A DNA stretch of 64,000 bases from a virus (lineage: Duplodnaviria > Heunggongvirae > Uroviricota > Caudoviricetes). The position numbers were made by a program, and so were the translations under genes. The notes beneath the pieces were generated by a model, which saw nothing but the letters and a program-made list of their open reading frames with translations, was not told where the DNA came from and did not search any database. Positions 9,524-19,742 of the stretch are shown piece after piece. Location: positions 101,073-165,072 of IMG/VR virus record IMGVR_UViG_3300031994_002305; one strand, 5' to 3'. Within the stretch, counting starts at the first letter, position 1. Each line of letters begins with the position of its first letter.

Positions 9524-9937
9524 ATGAGAAATGTAATTTGTTACACCGAGCTTAATGAAGTAATGAACTGTAAAAAGTCCATTAAGAATGAAATTACTCC
9601 TGGTATGGGTGCTACAATGTATGTTGGATCTGACAGATACGCAATGGTTGTAACAAAGGTAATCACACCAAAGAAAATTATGGTTGCTCATGTAGCTGAT
9701 GCTCATATAGATAAATTCATTACAGAAAATGGCGTAATGATTCTTCCTGAGGAATACATGGAGTTTTATAGTCGTCAGAATAAAACAGATGAATGGGACC
9801 ACCCGCTTAGTTACCACCATTCAATTGAATATACACTTCGTAAAAACGGTCGTTGGATGCCAAAAGGAGAAGGTCTGTGGGGTACTAGTTCAATTCATGT
9901 AGGTCATGCAGATGAATACAGAGATCCGAGTTTTTAA
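9524..9937 (+). CDS. conserved phage hypothetical protein
   Basis: GMGATMYVGSDRY...RKNGRW...YRDPSF, a recurrent phage family signature. Confidence 0.8.
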   Translation: MRNVICYTELNEVMNCKKSIKNEITPGMGATMYVGSDRYAMVVTKVITPKKIMVAHVADAHIDKFITENGVMILPEEYMEFYSRQNKTDEWDHPLSYHHSIEYTLRKNGRWMPKGEGLWGTSSIHVGHADEYRDPSF

Positions 9938-9946
9938 TTCGGATCT
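9922..9946. terminator. hairpin overlapping stop codon
   Basis: AGATCCGA...TCGGATCT. Confidence 0.55.
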
Positions 9947-9980
9947 TAAATTATTTATTCACATTTAAACATATCAAATA

Positions 9981-10295
9981 ATGAAACTTATTACAAAGGC
10001 AATTGAAAAGAAACTGTTGGCAAATCCCCTTTATTCAACAGATGGAAACATGGTCAAGGATGTATTGGTAAAGTTCTTTAATCCTTGTGGTGCAGGCACA
10101 TGGTATGTTTTTGAAGCAGAGAAACATGGTGATGACTGGGAATTCTTTGGACTTGTTGATTTGTATGACAAGGAACTCGGATATTTTACTTTGAATGAGC
10201 TTCAGTCACTTCGTCTTCCATTTGGACTTAGTATTGAGCGTGATTTGTATTTCGACAATAAGAAATATAATTGTGAAACTGGAAATTTTGAATAA
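9981..10295 (+). CDS. DUF2958-like protein
   Basis: VKFFNPCGAGTWYVFE...FFGLVD...ELGYFTLNEL...IERDLYF. Confidence 0.85.
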   Translation: MKLITKAIEKKLLANPLYSTDGNMVKDVLVKFFNPCGAGTWYVFEAEKHGDDWEFFGLVDLYDKELGYFTLNELQSLRLPFGLSIERDLYFDNKKYNCETGNFE

Positions 10296-10319
10296 TGTAA
10301 ATTAAAATAGGAAATTAAT

Positions 10320-10598
10320 ATGGAAGAGAATTATAATGTAGCAGAACGTATTAAAGATGTAAATATTCTAAACTTTAAAAATGCACTTCATGCAGGAGCT
10401 GTTGAGTTTAAATACAGGAAAAAGAACGGAGAAATTCGTGAAGCTCGTGGTACTTTAAATATTGATGTTATGGGTGAAGACAATGCACCTAAAGGTACTG
10501 GATATGATATCACAGATACAAATATTCGTTATTATGATTTGAACTCTAAAGGTTGGCGTTCATTTATTGTAGAAAATTTAATTGAATGGAGTAAGTAA
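10320..10598 (+). CDS. SH3/WYL-like beta-barrel protein (DUF2693-like)
   Basis: VEFKYRKKNGEIREARGTL...YYDL...GWRSF. Confidence 0.75.
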   Translation: MEENYNVAERIKDVNILNFKNALHAGAVEFKYRKKNGEIREARGTLNIDVMGEDNAPKGTGYDITDTNIRYYDLNSKGWRSFIVENLIEWSK

Positions 10599-10869
10599 TA
10601 TGGAGTATAAAGAAATTAAGAAAAATATTATTGAACGATTTCTTAATCGTAATTATCGTTATGTTGTTCTAACAAATAAGTCCATATTGTCTGCAGATAT
10701 AGAACAACGACTTCCATTTAGTTGTGTTTTTGAAAACAACTTTAATAATCTGATTATCAATCTTGGCGATAATGTTAAAGTTGAATTAAATGTTCATTGG
10801 GAATCTCGAAATAATAGAACATTTAGGTTAATTAAATTTGATTAAATTAATTTTAAAATAAAGTATATT

Positions 10870-11139
10870 ATGGCAATAGTTGATTTAAATAATAAAGAAG
10901 TTAAAATAGGAGATAAAGTTGTAATTAGTAAAGACTGGGCAAAAGGTTGCGATTATCTTGTTGTTGGTATTGTTAAAAATATTAATACAACACCATCCGG
11001 TGATACTGCTATAATTGAATGTACAAATAATGGCAGATGGAATTATAAAAAAGATACAGCAAAAGTACCTAAATGGGAAAAACAAATAGTTTATAAAAAT
11101 ATAGGTAGATTACACAATAATCTTTTAATTATATCATAA
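10870..11139 (+). CDS. hypothetical SH3/KOW-like protein
   Basis: DLNNKEVKIGDKVV start. Confidence 0.7.
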   Translation: MAIVDLNNKEVKIGDKVVISKDWAKGCDYLVVGIVKNINTTPSGDTAIIECTNNGRWNYKKDTAKVPKWEKQIVYKNIGRLHNNLLIIS

Positions 11140-11221
11140 TATGGGTGATTATGTTGAAGATGCTTATAAAGAAGAAATAGATATTGATAAATTATATGGA
11201 CATTAATTCTATATTATTTAT

Positions 11222-11755
11222 ATGAAGGACGATAAATATTTACAATCAACTGAAGGAAAGATATATAAAATAATGGATAATCATTTACTCCAGCTTTCTC
11301 CGTGGAAAGCTGGAGATGATCGTCGTATTTATGAATATGATGATTCTGAAATGCATGTCATTACTTATCAAAATGCATGCATGATTGTAAATAAACAATA
11401 TAATGAAATAGATGAAGAATGGGAACATAATGGAAAAAAATATAAAGCACATGCATTGATAAATAAAGATATTAATGAACATACTGCAATGCTTTCTATG
11501 TTACCATCACATTATATTAAAGAATCATCTAGAATTTTAAAGACAATGCCAAATGAAAATTCAATAACATTTTCAGATGAAAATGGAAATGAATTTAAAA
11601 TGGTTAAACATAAAGGTAAGATATATTATTGTTTAATCATAAATGAAATTTTACCTAAAGTTCAACTTTACAATACATTTGGACAATTTTGTCAAATGGT
11701 TAACATCAAAAATGTAAAACCAATATTTAACGAAACAGATAAAAAATATATGTAA
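11222..11755 (+). CDS. hypothetical protein
   Basis: 177 aa ORF. Confidence 0.75.
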   Translation: MKDDKYLQSTEGKIYKIMDNHLLQLSPWKAGDDRRIYEYDDSEMHVITYQNACMIVNKQYNEIDEEWEHNGKKYKAHALINKDINEHTAMLSMLPSHYIKESSRILKTMPNENSITFSDENGNEFKMVKHKGKIYYCLIINEILPKVQLYNTFGQFCQMVNIKNVKPIFNETDKKYM

Positions 11756-12297
11756 TTATGGTAATACTTTATATACTTAACATTATTGTAATTATTGCTG
11801 CTATAATTGCAATGTCATTACAATTTTTTGTTCTTAAGAAACAAAAAGAAATAACAGAAATGAACAATATTGTTCTTGGCATGAATAAATTGTTTACACA
11901 ACGTAAACTTATTGTAAGAGAACCCGATTGTTCATTACGTGGTGTAAGTATTCATACAGCAACTTGTAATCACGAGCCATTGTTAGTTATTGATTTATTT
12001 GATGATAAAAAGTAAAAAATGATGAAGATTTATGAAATTAGATATTAGTCGACAACTTGATAATAATGTATATATAAGTGTATATAATGATGATTTTCAT
12101 ATTTCAGAATTTTATATATGTAATTATGAAAAGTTTGCAAATATATATTACAATAATGGAATAACTGATTTTGATAGACTTAATGACGACATAGCAGATA
12201 CAATATTGAATATGTGTGCTCTACCATGTAATAAAGAAGAGTTTAAAAAAGATTTGAAAGTTGTTATTCATAGTTATATAATAAAACATTTAGATTT

Positions 12298-12873
12298 ATG
12301 AAAATATTTTTTGATACTGAATTTACGGGATTACATAAAAATACTACATTAATATCAATAGGTCTTGTTGATGAAAATGGTCGTACTTTTTATGCAGAAT
12401 TTGGTGATTATGATGAATCACAATGTGATAGTTGGATTAAAGAAAATGTAATTAAACATTTAAAATTTAATAAATATGTTATAAAGTTACCAGGATTAAA
12501 ATTTGGACATAATGATAATGTTGAATTAAAGTCTAATAAATTAACAATACAAACATATTTAAAACAATGGTTAATGGCTTATGATGAAGTTGAATTAGTA
12601 TCAGATGTTTGTCATTATGATATGGTTCTTTTCATTGATATATGGGGCGGAGCTTTCGATATTCCTTCTCATGTAAATCCTGCATGCCACGATATAAATC
12701 AAGATATTGGAAGATATTATGAAATTTCCGAAATTGAAGCATTTGATTATTCGCGAGAACAAATTTTAGAAAATAATAAAATTACAATAGAAGGTGATAA
12801 ACATAATGCTTTATATGATGCTAAAGTAATAAAGGAGATTTATAATGTAATTAAACAAAACGGTTTAATATGA
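12298..12873 (+). CDS. DEDD 3'-5' exonuclease/exoribonuclease
   Basis: FFDTEFTG, LISIGLV, YDMVLF, HNALYDA motifs. Confidence 0.85.
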   Translation: MKIFFDTEFTGLHKNTTLISIGLVDENGRTFYAEFGDYDESQCDSWIKENVIKHLKFNKYVIKLPGLKFGHNDNVELKSNKLTIQTYLKQWLMAYDEVELVSDVCHYDMVLFIDIWGGAFDIPSHVNPACHDINQDIGRYYEISEIEAFDYSREQILENNKITIEGDKHNALYDAKVIKEIYNVIKQNGLI

Positions 12874-13616
12874 AGTTAGCTATTTGTTTTTTAACCACAA
12901 ATGAAAAACATTTTAATTTAAATATTTTAAAACAGCAAATAAAAGATTCAAAATTACATAACATTGATTTATATGTTTATGTTGATAATAATGATAATTA
13001 TGTAATTAAAGATAACATAACATATTTTAATTATCAATATTTAAAAAATAAATTTAACTATCAGCATACTTATTATAGTGGTAATGTAAATGGATCAACA
13101 GTTTTTTATAAAGCTGGTATGCAATTTTTACCATGGCTAGATATGTATACAAATCATAAAGACGAATATGATATGTATTTATTTTTTGAAGATGATGTTT
13201 CTTATTTTAGTGATAAAAATTTATTTGATTCTATAGATTTTAATTGTGATGCATTATTTCAAAATAAAAGAATTACTGTTGAAGAAGATGAATGGTGGTG
13301 GTGGTATCATAGCGAATATAAAATAGATAGAAATAAAATACAAAAAACGTTTCACGGTTTATTAAATATTTATGGGTGTAAACAACATATTATAAATGAT
13401 TTTATTAATTTTTTAAATGAAGATAACTATATTCATCATGAATTACTTTTAAGTGCATTTATATTAAATAATTGTAATATTAAAGTAAATTATGTTGATG
13501 ATTATTTTAAATGTTATTTTACATATATTAATAAATATTCATTAGAAGAAAAATATGATTTTGTTCATCCTGTAAAAACTTTGGAGAAATATAATTTTTT
13601 AAATAACTTAAAATAA
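12870..13616 (+). CDS. putative glycosyltransferase-like protein
   Basis: YDMYLFFEDDV (ExD/DxD-type) and HPVK ending; family not resolved. Confidence 0.45.
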   Translation: MKLAICFLTTNEKHFNLNILKQQIKDSKLHNIDLYVYVDNNDNYVIKDNITYFNYQYLKNKFNYQHTYYSGNVNGSTVFYKAGMQFLPWLDMYTNHKDEYDMYLFFEDDVSYFSDKNLFDSIDFNCDALFQNKRITVEEDEWWWWYHSEYKIDRNKIQKTFHGLLNIYGCKQHIINDFINFLNEDNYIHHELLLSAFILNNCNIKVNYVDDYFKCYFTYINKYSLEEKYDFVHPVKTLEKYNFLNNLK

Positions 13617-13624
13617 ATTAAATT

Positions 13625-14431
13625 ATGAAAGGTATAATTGGTGCAGTAGTTGGATCTAGTATAGGTCTATCTTATGAGATTAAAAAAACTCGTGATTACA
13701 ATTTTAATATGATTTATGATAAAGCTAATCCTTCAGATGATTCAATTGCTATCATTGCAACAGCTGATTGGCTTATGAATACAAATCGGACAAAAGACGA
13801 GTACATTGATAAACTTCATTATTGGTGTAATAAGTTTAATTATGGAATGTGGAATTATGGATTAGCTACAAGATTTAAAGAATGGATTCGTAATAAGGAA
13901 CGTAAACCATATAACTCTTATGGCAATGGTTCTGCTATGCGTGTTATTCCTGTAGCTTGGGCAGCAAAATCATATGATGAATGTTTGGAATTGGCAAAAA
14001 CAACTGCTGAAGTAACACATAATCATTCAGAAGGAATTAAAGGAGCACAAGCTATTGCAGCTGCAATGTTTTTAATTATTCAAGGAAAACCAAAGAAAGC
14101 AGTTATATCACATATTGAAAATACTTTCGGTTATGATTTAAGTAAGTCATATAATTCATTAAAAAATTCTCATAAATTTGAATGTATTTGTCAACGTACG
14201 GTGCCAGCTGCATTGATTTGCTGGGCTGACGCAAAATCATATGAAGATGGTATTCGTAAAGCAGTATCACTTGGTGGAGATGCAGATACTGAAGCAGCTA
14301 TTACCGGAGCATTACTTAATTGTAACCCAAAAACTGAAATAAGTAATGAATTTGTACAGGATGTAACAAGATTCTTTAGTATGGAATTCTTGGAAACACT
14401 TAAAAAGTTTCACGATAAATATGAAAAATAA
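13625..14431 (+). CDS. ADP-ribosylglycohydrolase (DraG/ARH3 family)
   Basis: SDDS, SYGNGSAMRV, THNHSEG, CQRTVPAA, AVSLGGDADT motifs. Confidence 0.88.
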   Translation: MKGIIGAVVGSSIGLSYEIKKTRDYNFNMIYDKANPSDDSIAIIATADWLMNTNRTKDEYIDKLHYWCNKFNYGMWNYGLATRFKEWIRNKERKPYNSYGNGSAMRVIPVAWAAKSYDECLELAKTTAEVTHNHSEGIKGAQAIAAAMFLIIQGKPKKAVISHIENTFGYDLSKSYNSLKNSHKFECICQRTVPAALICWADAKSYEDGIRKAVSLGGDADTEAAITGALLNCNPKTEISNEFVQDVTRFFSMEFLETLKKFHDKYEK

Positions 14432-14620
14432 TTATACAAAATTATTAAGAATAAGTGCAAATGATACGAATGAATTAAATGAATATTTGGAGCAAAATTA
14501 AATTATTAAAGATTTTAAACATCTTGCTTCATGTATAGTGCATATGTTTTATTAGAAAAAATTTTCAAAAAAAATTAAATAAATTATACATTAGTTCTAT
14601 TTTATTTTTATTATAAAATA

Positions 14621-14642
14621 CAAGATAGATGTTTCTATCTTG
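14621..14642. promoter_or_regulatory. 9-bp inverted repeat 31 nt upstream of dnaK
   Basis: CAAGATAGA-tgtt-TCTATCTTG. Confidence 0.4.
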
Positions 14643-14673
14643 AGCAACTATAAATAAATAACATAAATTAATT

Positions 14674-16620
14674 ATGAGCAACAAAGTATTTGGTATTGAC
14701 CTGGGAACAGGTTTCAGCGCTTGCGCTGTAATTGAAGGTGGTAAACCTCAAGTTATTGCAAATTCAGAAGGTCATCGCACCACTCCTTCTGTAGTTTTTA
14801 TTAAAGGTGACGAACGTAAAGTAGGTAATTCTGCTAAACGTGGAATGGTAATGAATCCTAAGAATACTATATCATTCGTAAAACGTTTCATGGGTTCTGA
14901 TTGGAATGATACAGATGTTCAAAAGATGCTTTCTATGGTTACTTATGATGTTGTAAATAAGAATGGAAAGCCTTATATTAAGATTGACGATAAAGAATAT
15001 TCTCCAGAAGAGATTTCATCTTATATCCTTGCAGAAATGGCAAAGATTGCTTCAGATTATTATGGAGAAGATGTGAAGAAAGTTGTTATTACTGTACCTG
15101 CATGGTTTAATGATGTACAACGTAAAGCAACTAAACTTGCTGGTGAATTGGCTGGTCTTGAAGTACTTCGTATTATTAATGAACCTACAGCAGCTATTCT
15201 TTCTTCAGATATTGATACATCTAAGGGAGATCGTATTGTAATGGTTGCTGACTATGGATGTGGTACATTGGACTTCTCAATTTGTGAATGTTCTGATGGT
15301 ATGATTGAAGTACTTGCATCTGATGGTGATGTATTCCTTGGTGGTCAGAATTATGACAATAAGATTGTAGATTGGCTTGCAGATGAGTTTATGAAGGATC
15401 ATCCAACTGTTGATCTTCGTAAGGATCAAATGGCATATGCCCGTTTGGTTGAAGCTGCAGAAAAAGCTAAATGCGAATTATCTACATCTATGCAAACTGA
15501 AATTAATCTTCCATATATAACTGTATTAGATGGAGCTCCTCAAATGCTTATTACTACACTTACTCGTGCAAAATTTGAATCAATGGTTGCAGATTTAAAT
15601 CGTCAAGTTATTGAGATTGCAAATAGAGCATTAAGTAAAGCTGGTAAGACTGCTTCAGATATTAATGATATTCTTTTGGTAGGTGGTTCTTGTCGTATTC
15701 CATCTGTACAGGATGCTCTTAAGAATTCATTTGGTGATAAGTTAAATAAAACAGCTAATTTTGATGAAGCCGTAGCATTGGGTGCAGCAAAGCAAGCAAA
15801 ATCAATTGAGAATCCTGATGATACTGATATATTACTTCTTGATGTTACTCCTATTACTCTCGGTATTGAGGTAAATGGCAATATGATGGGTAAGCTTATT
15901 GAAGCTAATACAACAATTCCTGCAAAGAAATCTCAAGTATTTACGACTGCGGCAGATAATCAACCAGCAGTATCAATTGTAGTTCTTCAGGGTGAACGTC
16001 CTATGAGTCGTGATAATAAGATTATTGGACAATTTAATCTTGACGGTATTGCTCCTGCTCCTCGTGGTGTTCCTCAAATTGAAGTAACATTTGATATTGA
16101 TGCTAATGGTACATTAACAGTTTCTGCTAAGGATCTCGGTACACAAAAAGAACAACATATTACAATTGATAATTCTAATTCTTTAACTCAGGAAGAGATT
16201 GATAGAATTAAAAAGGAAGCTGAGGAACATAAAGCTGAAGATGAAAAGAAGAAGGCTGAAATGGACAAGAAAAATGCAGCTGAAGGATATATCTATTCAG
16301 TTGAGAAATCTTTAAATGACGATAACCTTAAAGATAAGTTTACTTCAGATGAACGTAAGCAATTAGAGGATCTTGTTAAGGAAGCTAAGGAAGCTATTGA
16401 TTCTAAGGATGATACTAAGATGTTTGAAAAGAAAGATGAACTTGAAAAAGTTTATTCTCCAATTATAACTAGAATCTATAAGGAAAATGCTCCTAAGGAT
16501 GCAAATGGTAATCCACAAGTAGATCCAAATATGTTTAACCAAATGTTTGGTGGTGGCAATAATGGATCTAATCCATTTGGTGGAAATCCTTTCCAAGCTG
16601 GACAACCATTTCAAAAATAA
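14674..16620 (+). CDS. dnaK: Hsp70 chaperone
   Basis: GIDLGT, TVPAWFND, RIINEPTAA, LVGGSCRIP, LLLDVTP, NQPAVSI, GVPQIEVTFDIDANG. Confidence 0.97.
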   Translation: MSNKVFGIDLGTGFSACAVIEGGKPQVIANSEGHRTTPSVVFIKGDERKVGNSAKRGMVMNPKNTISFVKRFMGSDWNDTDVQKMLSMVTYDVVNKNGKPYIKIDDKEYSPEEISSYILAEMAKIASDYYGEDVKKVVITVPAWFNDVQRKATKLAGELAGLEVLRIINEPTAAILSSDIDTSKGDRIVMVADYGCGTLDFSICECSDGMIEVLASDGDVFLGGQNYDNKIVDWLADEFMKDHPTVDLRKDQMAYARLVEAAEKAKCELSTSMQTEINLPYITVLDGAPQMLITTLTRAKFESMVADLNRQVIEIANRALSKAGKTASDINDILLVGGSCRIPSVQDALKNSFGDKLNKTANFDEAVALGAAKQAKSIENPDDTDILLLDVTPITLGIEVNGNMMGKLIEANTTIPAKKSQVFTTAADNQPAVSIVVLQGERPMSRDNKIIGQFNLDGIAPAPRGVPQIEVTFDIDANGTLTVSAKDLGTQKEQHITIDNSNSLTQEEIDRIKKEAEEHKAEDEKKKAEMDKKNAAEGYIYSVEKSLNDDNLKDKFTSDERKQLEDLVKEAKEAIDSKDDTKMFEKKDELEKVYSPIITRIYKENAPKDANGNPQVDPNMFNQMFGGGNNGSNPFGGNPFQAGQPFQK

Positions 16621-16625
16621 TAAAT

Positions 16626-16653
16626 AAGGGATGGGATTAATCCCATCCCTTTT
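16626..16653 (+). terminator. terminator after dnaK
   Basis: perfect palindrome AAGGGATGGGAT-TA-ATCCCATCCCTT plus T. Confidence 0.75.
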
Positions 16654-16683
16654 GAATATAAAAAAGGAATATTTTTAAATAAA

Positions 16684-17121
16684 ATGAACTTAACACAATT
16701 AAAAGAAAATCCAAATATTAAGTCAGATCGTTTTGCATATGCAGCAATATCATTTATATTTAAAGCATATGCGGATAATATACGTTCAAAAGAATATTGG
16801 CCATGGAACGAAATATTAAATTGGAATGAATTTTTAGGTATTCCTGATAATCAAATTTTAGATGCTAATGATTATTTATCTATAGCACGTGACTTATTAA
16901 TGACAGCATCATCAAGATATTCGAATGAAAATGATACTAATAATGTAGATGAATTAAAAGATAAATGGGAACATGCTTCAAAAAATGAATATAGACGTAA
17001 ACTTAATCAGATTAAATTAAGTATGAATTCATCAAAAAATACATCTACAAATGTTAATACAACTACAATAAAATTCAATAATGATGCTGACGAAATTACA
17101 AATGAAGATAATATAGCATAA
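16684..17121 (+). CDS. hypothetical protein between dnaK and dnaJ
   Basis: 145 aa; no GrpE motifs recognised. Confidence 0.7.
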   Translation: MNLTQLKENPNIKSDRFAYAAISFIFKAYADNIRSKEYWPWNEILNWNEFLGIPDNQILDANDYLSIARDLLMTASSRYSNENDTNNVDELKDKWEHASKNEYRRKLNQIKLSMNSSKNTSTNVNTTTIKFNNDADEITNEDNIA

Positions 17122-17123
17122 TA

Positions 17124-18179
17124 ATGAAAAAGGATTTATACGAAATATTAGGATTACAAAAAGGTGCATCTGATAGTGAAATAAAAAAGGCATTTAGAAA
17201 TCTTAGTTTAAAGTATCATCCTGATAGACAAGGTGGAAAAACAGAGGCTGAGAAGAAAGAAGCAGAAGAAAAGTTTAAAGAAATTTCAGCAGCCTGGACA
17301 ATATTATCAGACCCTGATAAAAAACGTCAATATGATACTTTTGGAACTGTAGATGAAAATGCTTTTACAGGTGCTGAATTTGATTTCTCAGATATATTTG
17401 GAAATATGGGAGATATATTTGGGAATATATTTGGTAATCGTCAACGTCGTCCATATAGAGACCCAGGTCGTCAAAAGGGTGCTTCTGTAAGAATGCAAGT
17501 TGGAGTAACTATTGATGAAATTCTAAACGGTAAGATTAATAGAGATATTGAATTTGATATAGATGTACGATGTGACAGTTGTCATGGTGAAGGTGGAACT
17601 GGAAAGAAAAGCTGTCCATACTGTCATGGAACTGGTATGATAACTGAAACACAATCATCACCATTTGGATTTATTCAGAACGGTCACCCATGTCCACATT
17701 GTAAAGGAACTGGTGAAACTTTCGATAATGTATGTAAAAAATGTAATGGAACTGGTTTTATTAAAAAGAAACAAACAGTTCATATTTATGCAACAAATTT
17801 CCAAAATGGACAACAATTAATGTTTAATGGAAAAGGATATCAATCAAAATATTCTAATGCACCTGATGGAGATTTAATTGTTGAATTGATATTCCAATAT
17901 GATCAAAGTAAATTTGCAATTCAAGGAAATACAATTTATGAAAAAATAGAAGTTCCATATTATGATTGTATTTTGGGAACGACTATTAATCATACATACG
18001 CAAATAATACTAAAGGGGATATTCAAATTCCAGAATATTCAAATGATGGCAAACATGTAAGATCTAATAAAAGATTTAATAATATGAATTATGAATTTAT
18101 TATTTCTGTTAAGATGCCTACATACATTAGAGAATCTGAAAAGAAATTATTGCAACAAATAAAAAAGGAGAATGATTAA
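17124..18179 (+). CDS. dnaJ: Hsp40 co-chaperone, class A
   Basis: J domain with HPD, G/F region, four CxxCxGxG repeats. Confidence 0.96.
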   Translation: MKKDLYEILGLQKGASDSEIKKAFRNLSLKYHPDRQGGKTEAEKKEAEEKFKEISAAWTILSDPDKKRQYDTFGTVDENAFTGAEFDFSDIFGNMGDIFGNIFGNRQRRPYRDPGRQKGASVRMQVGVTIDEILNGKINRDIEFDIDVRCDSCHGEGGTGKKSCPYCHGTGMITETQSSPFGFIQNGHPCPHCKGTGETFDNVCKKCNGTGFIKKKQTVHIYATNFQNGQQLMFNGKGYQSKYSNAPDGDLIVELIFQYDQSKFAIQGNTIYEKIEVPYYDCILGTTINHTYANNTKGDIQIPEYSNDGKHVRSNKRFNNMNYEFIISVKMPTYIRESEKKLLQQIKKEND

Positions 18180-18404
18180 ATTCTCCTTTTATTGTTTTCT
18201 ATATTATAATATGAAGTATTGGGAAAAAACTTGCCTATGTATTAATGACTTGATATTTGAAGATTATCAATATCATAAAGGTAGAGAATATCAAGTAGAT
18301 GTATATCCATTGTTTTATAAAATTTATAATAATGGTGGATGGGATGATTATATTTTCTTTGAAGGCGAAGACAATTTTAATAAATATTTTAAATTAATTG
18401 AATA

Positions 18405-18581
18405 ATGATACAAGAACAGGAAATATTAAATGATATTCAATCTTTACGAAAGAAAACAGAATTATTAGCAAATCCTTTATATAGTGATTTTTGTGGATCT
18501 CATTTTTGGGGAGATATTGATAAACTATTAAGAGAAGTTGAACTTAAATTAATTAAAGATAAAGAAATGTATAAATGGTAA
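18405..18581 (+). CDS. small hypothetical protein (58 aa, not in track)
   Basis: hand translation MIQEQEIL...EMYKW*, translationally coupled on both sides. Confidence 0.55.
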   Translation: MIQEQEILNDIQSLRKKTELLANPLYSDFCGSHFWGDIDKLLREVELKLIKDKEMYKW

Positions 18582-19228
18582 CTAATTATAATGTAATAGG
18601 AAAGAATAGTTCTATAAAAGAAGGTTGGGCTTTATCATTAAGTGCATTTCTTGCAGGATTATGTATATCTATAGGATGTATTGTTAATTTAATGGTAGGT
18701 GGTGGAATTCCTGGCGCAATATTATTTACATTTGGATTAATTGCTGTAGTTCATTATAAATATGCCTTATATACTGGTACAGCTGGATTCATATCAGAAT
18801 GGAAAGATATATTAATTTTATTTTGGTGGATATTTTGTGGTAATTTTGTTGGGTGTTGGATAACTGCTGATGTTGCTTCATATGCTATACCAGAATTAGT
18901 AGAGAAGTCGAATCATATAATGGAATTAAGAGCACAAGTAGATATTTGGCAGGCAATGATTCGTGGTATATTTTGTGGATTCTTAATGACAACCGCTGTT
19001 AAGTTTGCACGAGAAAATAAATGGCTTCCACTTTTATTTGCAGTACCTGTTTTTATATTAGCAGGATTTTATCATAGTATAGCTGATGCGTTTTATTTAC
19101 AATGCTCTGACTATATTCATATATTTAAATCTGATATAGGATCACAAATACATGCTAATTATTGGATGACTGTATTAGGTAATTTTATTGGGTGCAATTT
19201 ATATAGATTAAAATTTATAGATAAATAA
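18575..19228 (+). CDS. formate/nitrite transporter (FNT) family channel
   Basis: several TM helices; LYTG, GNFVG, CGFLM, FILAGFYHSIAD, VLGNFIG motifs. Confidence 0.88.
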   Translation: MVTNYNVIGKNSSIKEGWALSLSAFLAGLCISIGCIVNLMVGGGIPGAILFTFGLIAVVHYKYALYTGTAGFISEWKDILILFWWIFCGNFVGCWITADVASYAIPELVEKSNHIMELRAQVDIWQAMIRGIFCGFLMTTAVKFARENKWLPLLFAVPVFILAGFYHSIADAFYLQCSDYIHIFKSDIGSQIHANYWMTVLGNFIGCNLYRLKFIDK

Positions 19229-19251
19229 AGGGAGAATCTTATTCTCCCTTT
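19227..19251. terminator. bidirectional terminator between convergent genes
   Basis: AAAGGGAGAAT-ctt-ATTCTCCCTTT. Confidence 0.8.
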
Positions 19252-19742
19252 GTTATTATTGTATCTTTATTATCTTTAAATTTATTTTTAACTTTTTGTA
19301 CACCTAAATACATATCATCAATAACTTTTTCATGCATATCTTTTTTACGACGTTCTTTACATAATTCTTTATTTGTATCTAAAATAACTATTTTTACGTT
19401 AGCTCCAGCTTTACGTAACTTATCGTAAAGATTTTGAACATAACCTAATTTAATATTTGTATTATCAATAACAAAATCTTTTCTATCATGTATTAATTTA
19501 TCAATTCTATCAAAATTAATCTGACGAACTTCTTTTTCTTGTTCTTTATTGCCTATTCGTTTTTGATTAATATTTTTCATAATACCTAATTCAACACGAA
19601 TAGAATCTTGATTAACTATATTAATATCTTTTTTTAAATTATTTTTTATCCAAGTTGATTTACCAGATCCAGGCACACCAACCATTATCCAAACATTAAA
19701 TGGATTAAGTTTTTCTAATATAAATGATAATATATGTTTCAT
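19239..19742 (-). CDS. P-loop kinase (AAA_33/polynucleotide kinase-like) with CTS-like leader
   Basis: MVGVPGSGKST, DSIR, VIDNTN, R-x-x-R lid; starts MKHILSFILE. Confidence 0.82.
   Translation of the reverse strand: MKHILSFILEKLNPFNVWIMVGVPGSGKSTWIKNNLKKDINIVNQDSIRVELGIMKNINQKRIGNKEQEKEVRQINFDRIDKLIHDRKDFVIDNTNIKLGYVQNLYDKLRKAGANVKIVILDTNKELCKERRKKDMHEKVIDDMYLGVQKVKNKFKDNKDTIITKGE

Noticed and set aside
14421-14576. Possible pseudogene MKNNYTK...EQN*IIKDF... upstream of dnaK
   Set aside because: Short, low-complexity and with no recognisable homology.
16684-17121. GrpE call for the ORF between dnaK and dnaJ
   Set aside because: No AD..N.RKR or V..GY motifs; position alone is insufficient.
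18405-18581. LLANPLYS octapeptide shared with the DUF2958 ORF at 9981
   Set aside because: The DNA differs at many positions and the flanks are unrelated; probably coincidence.
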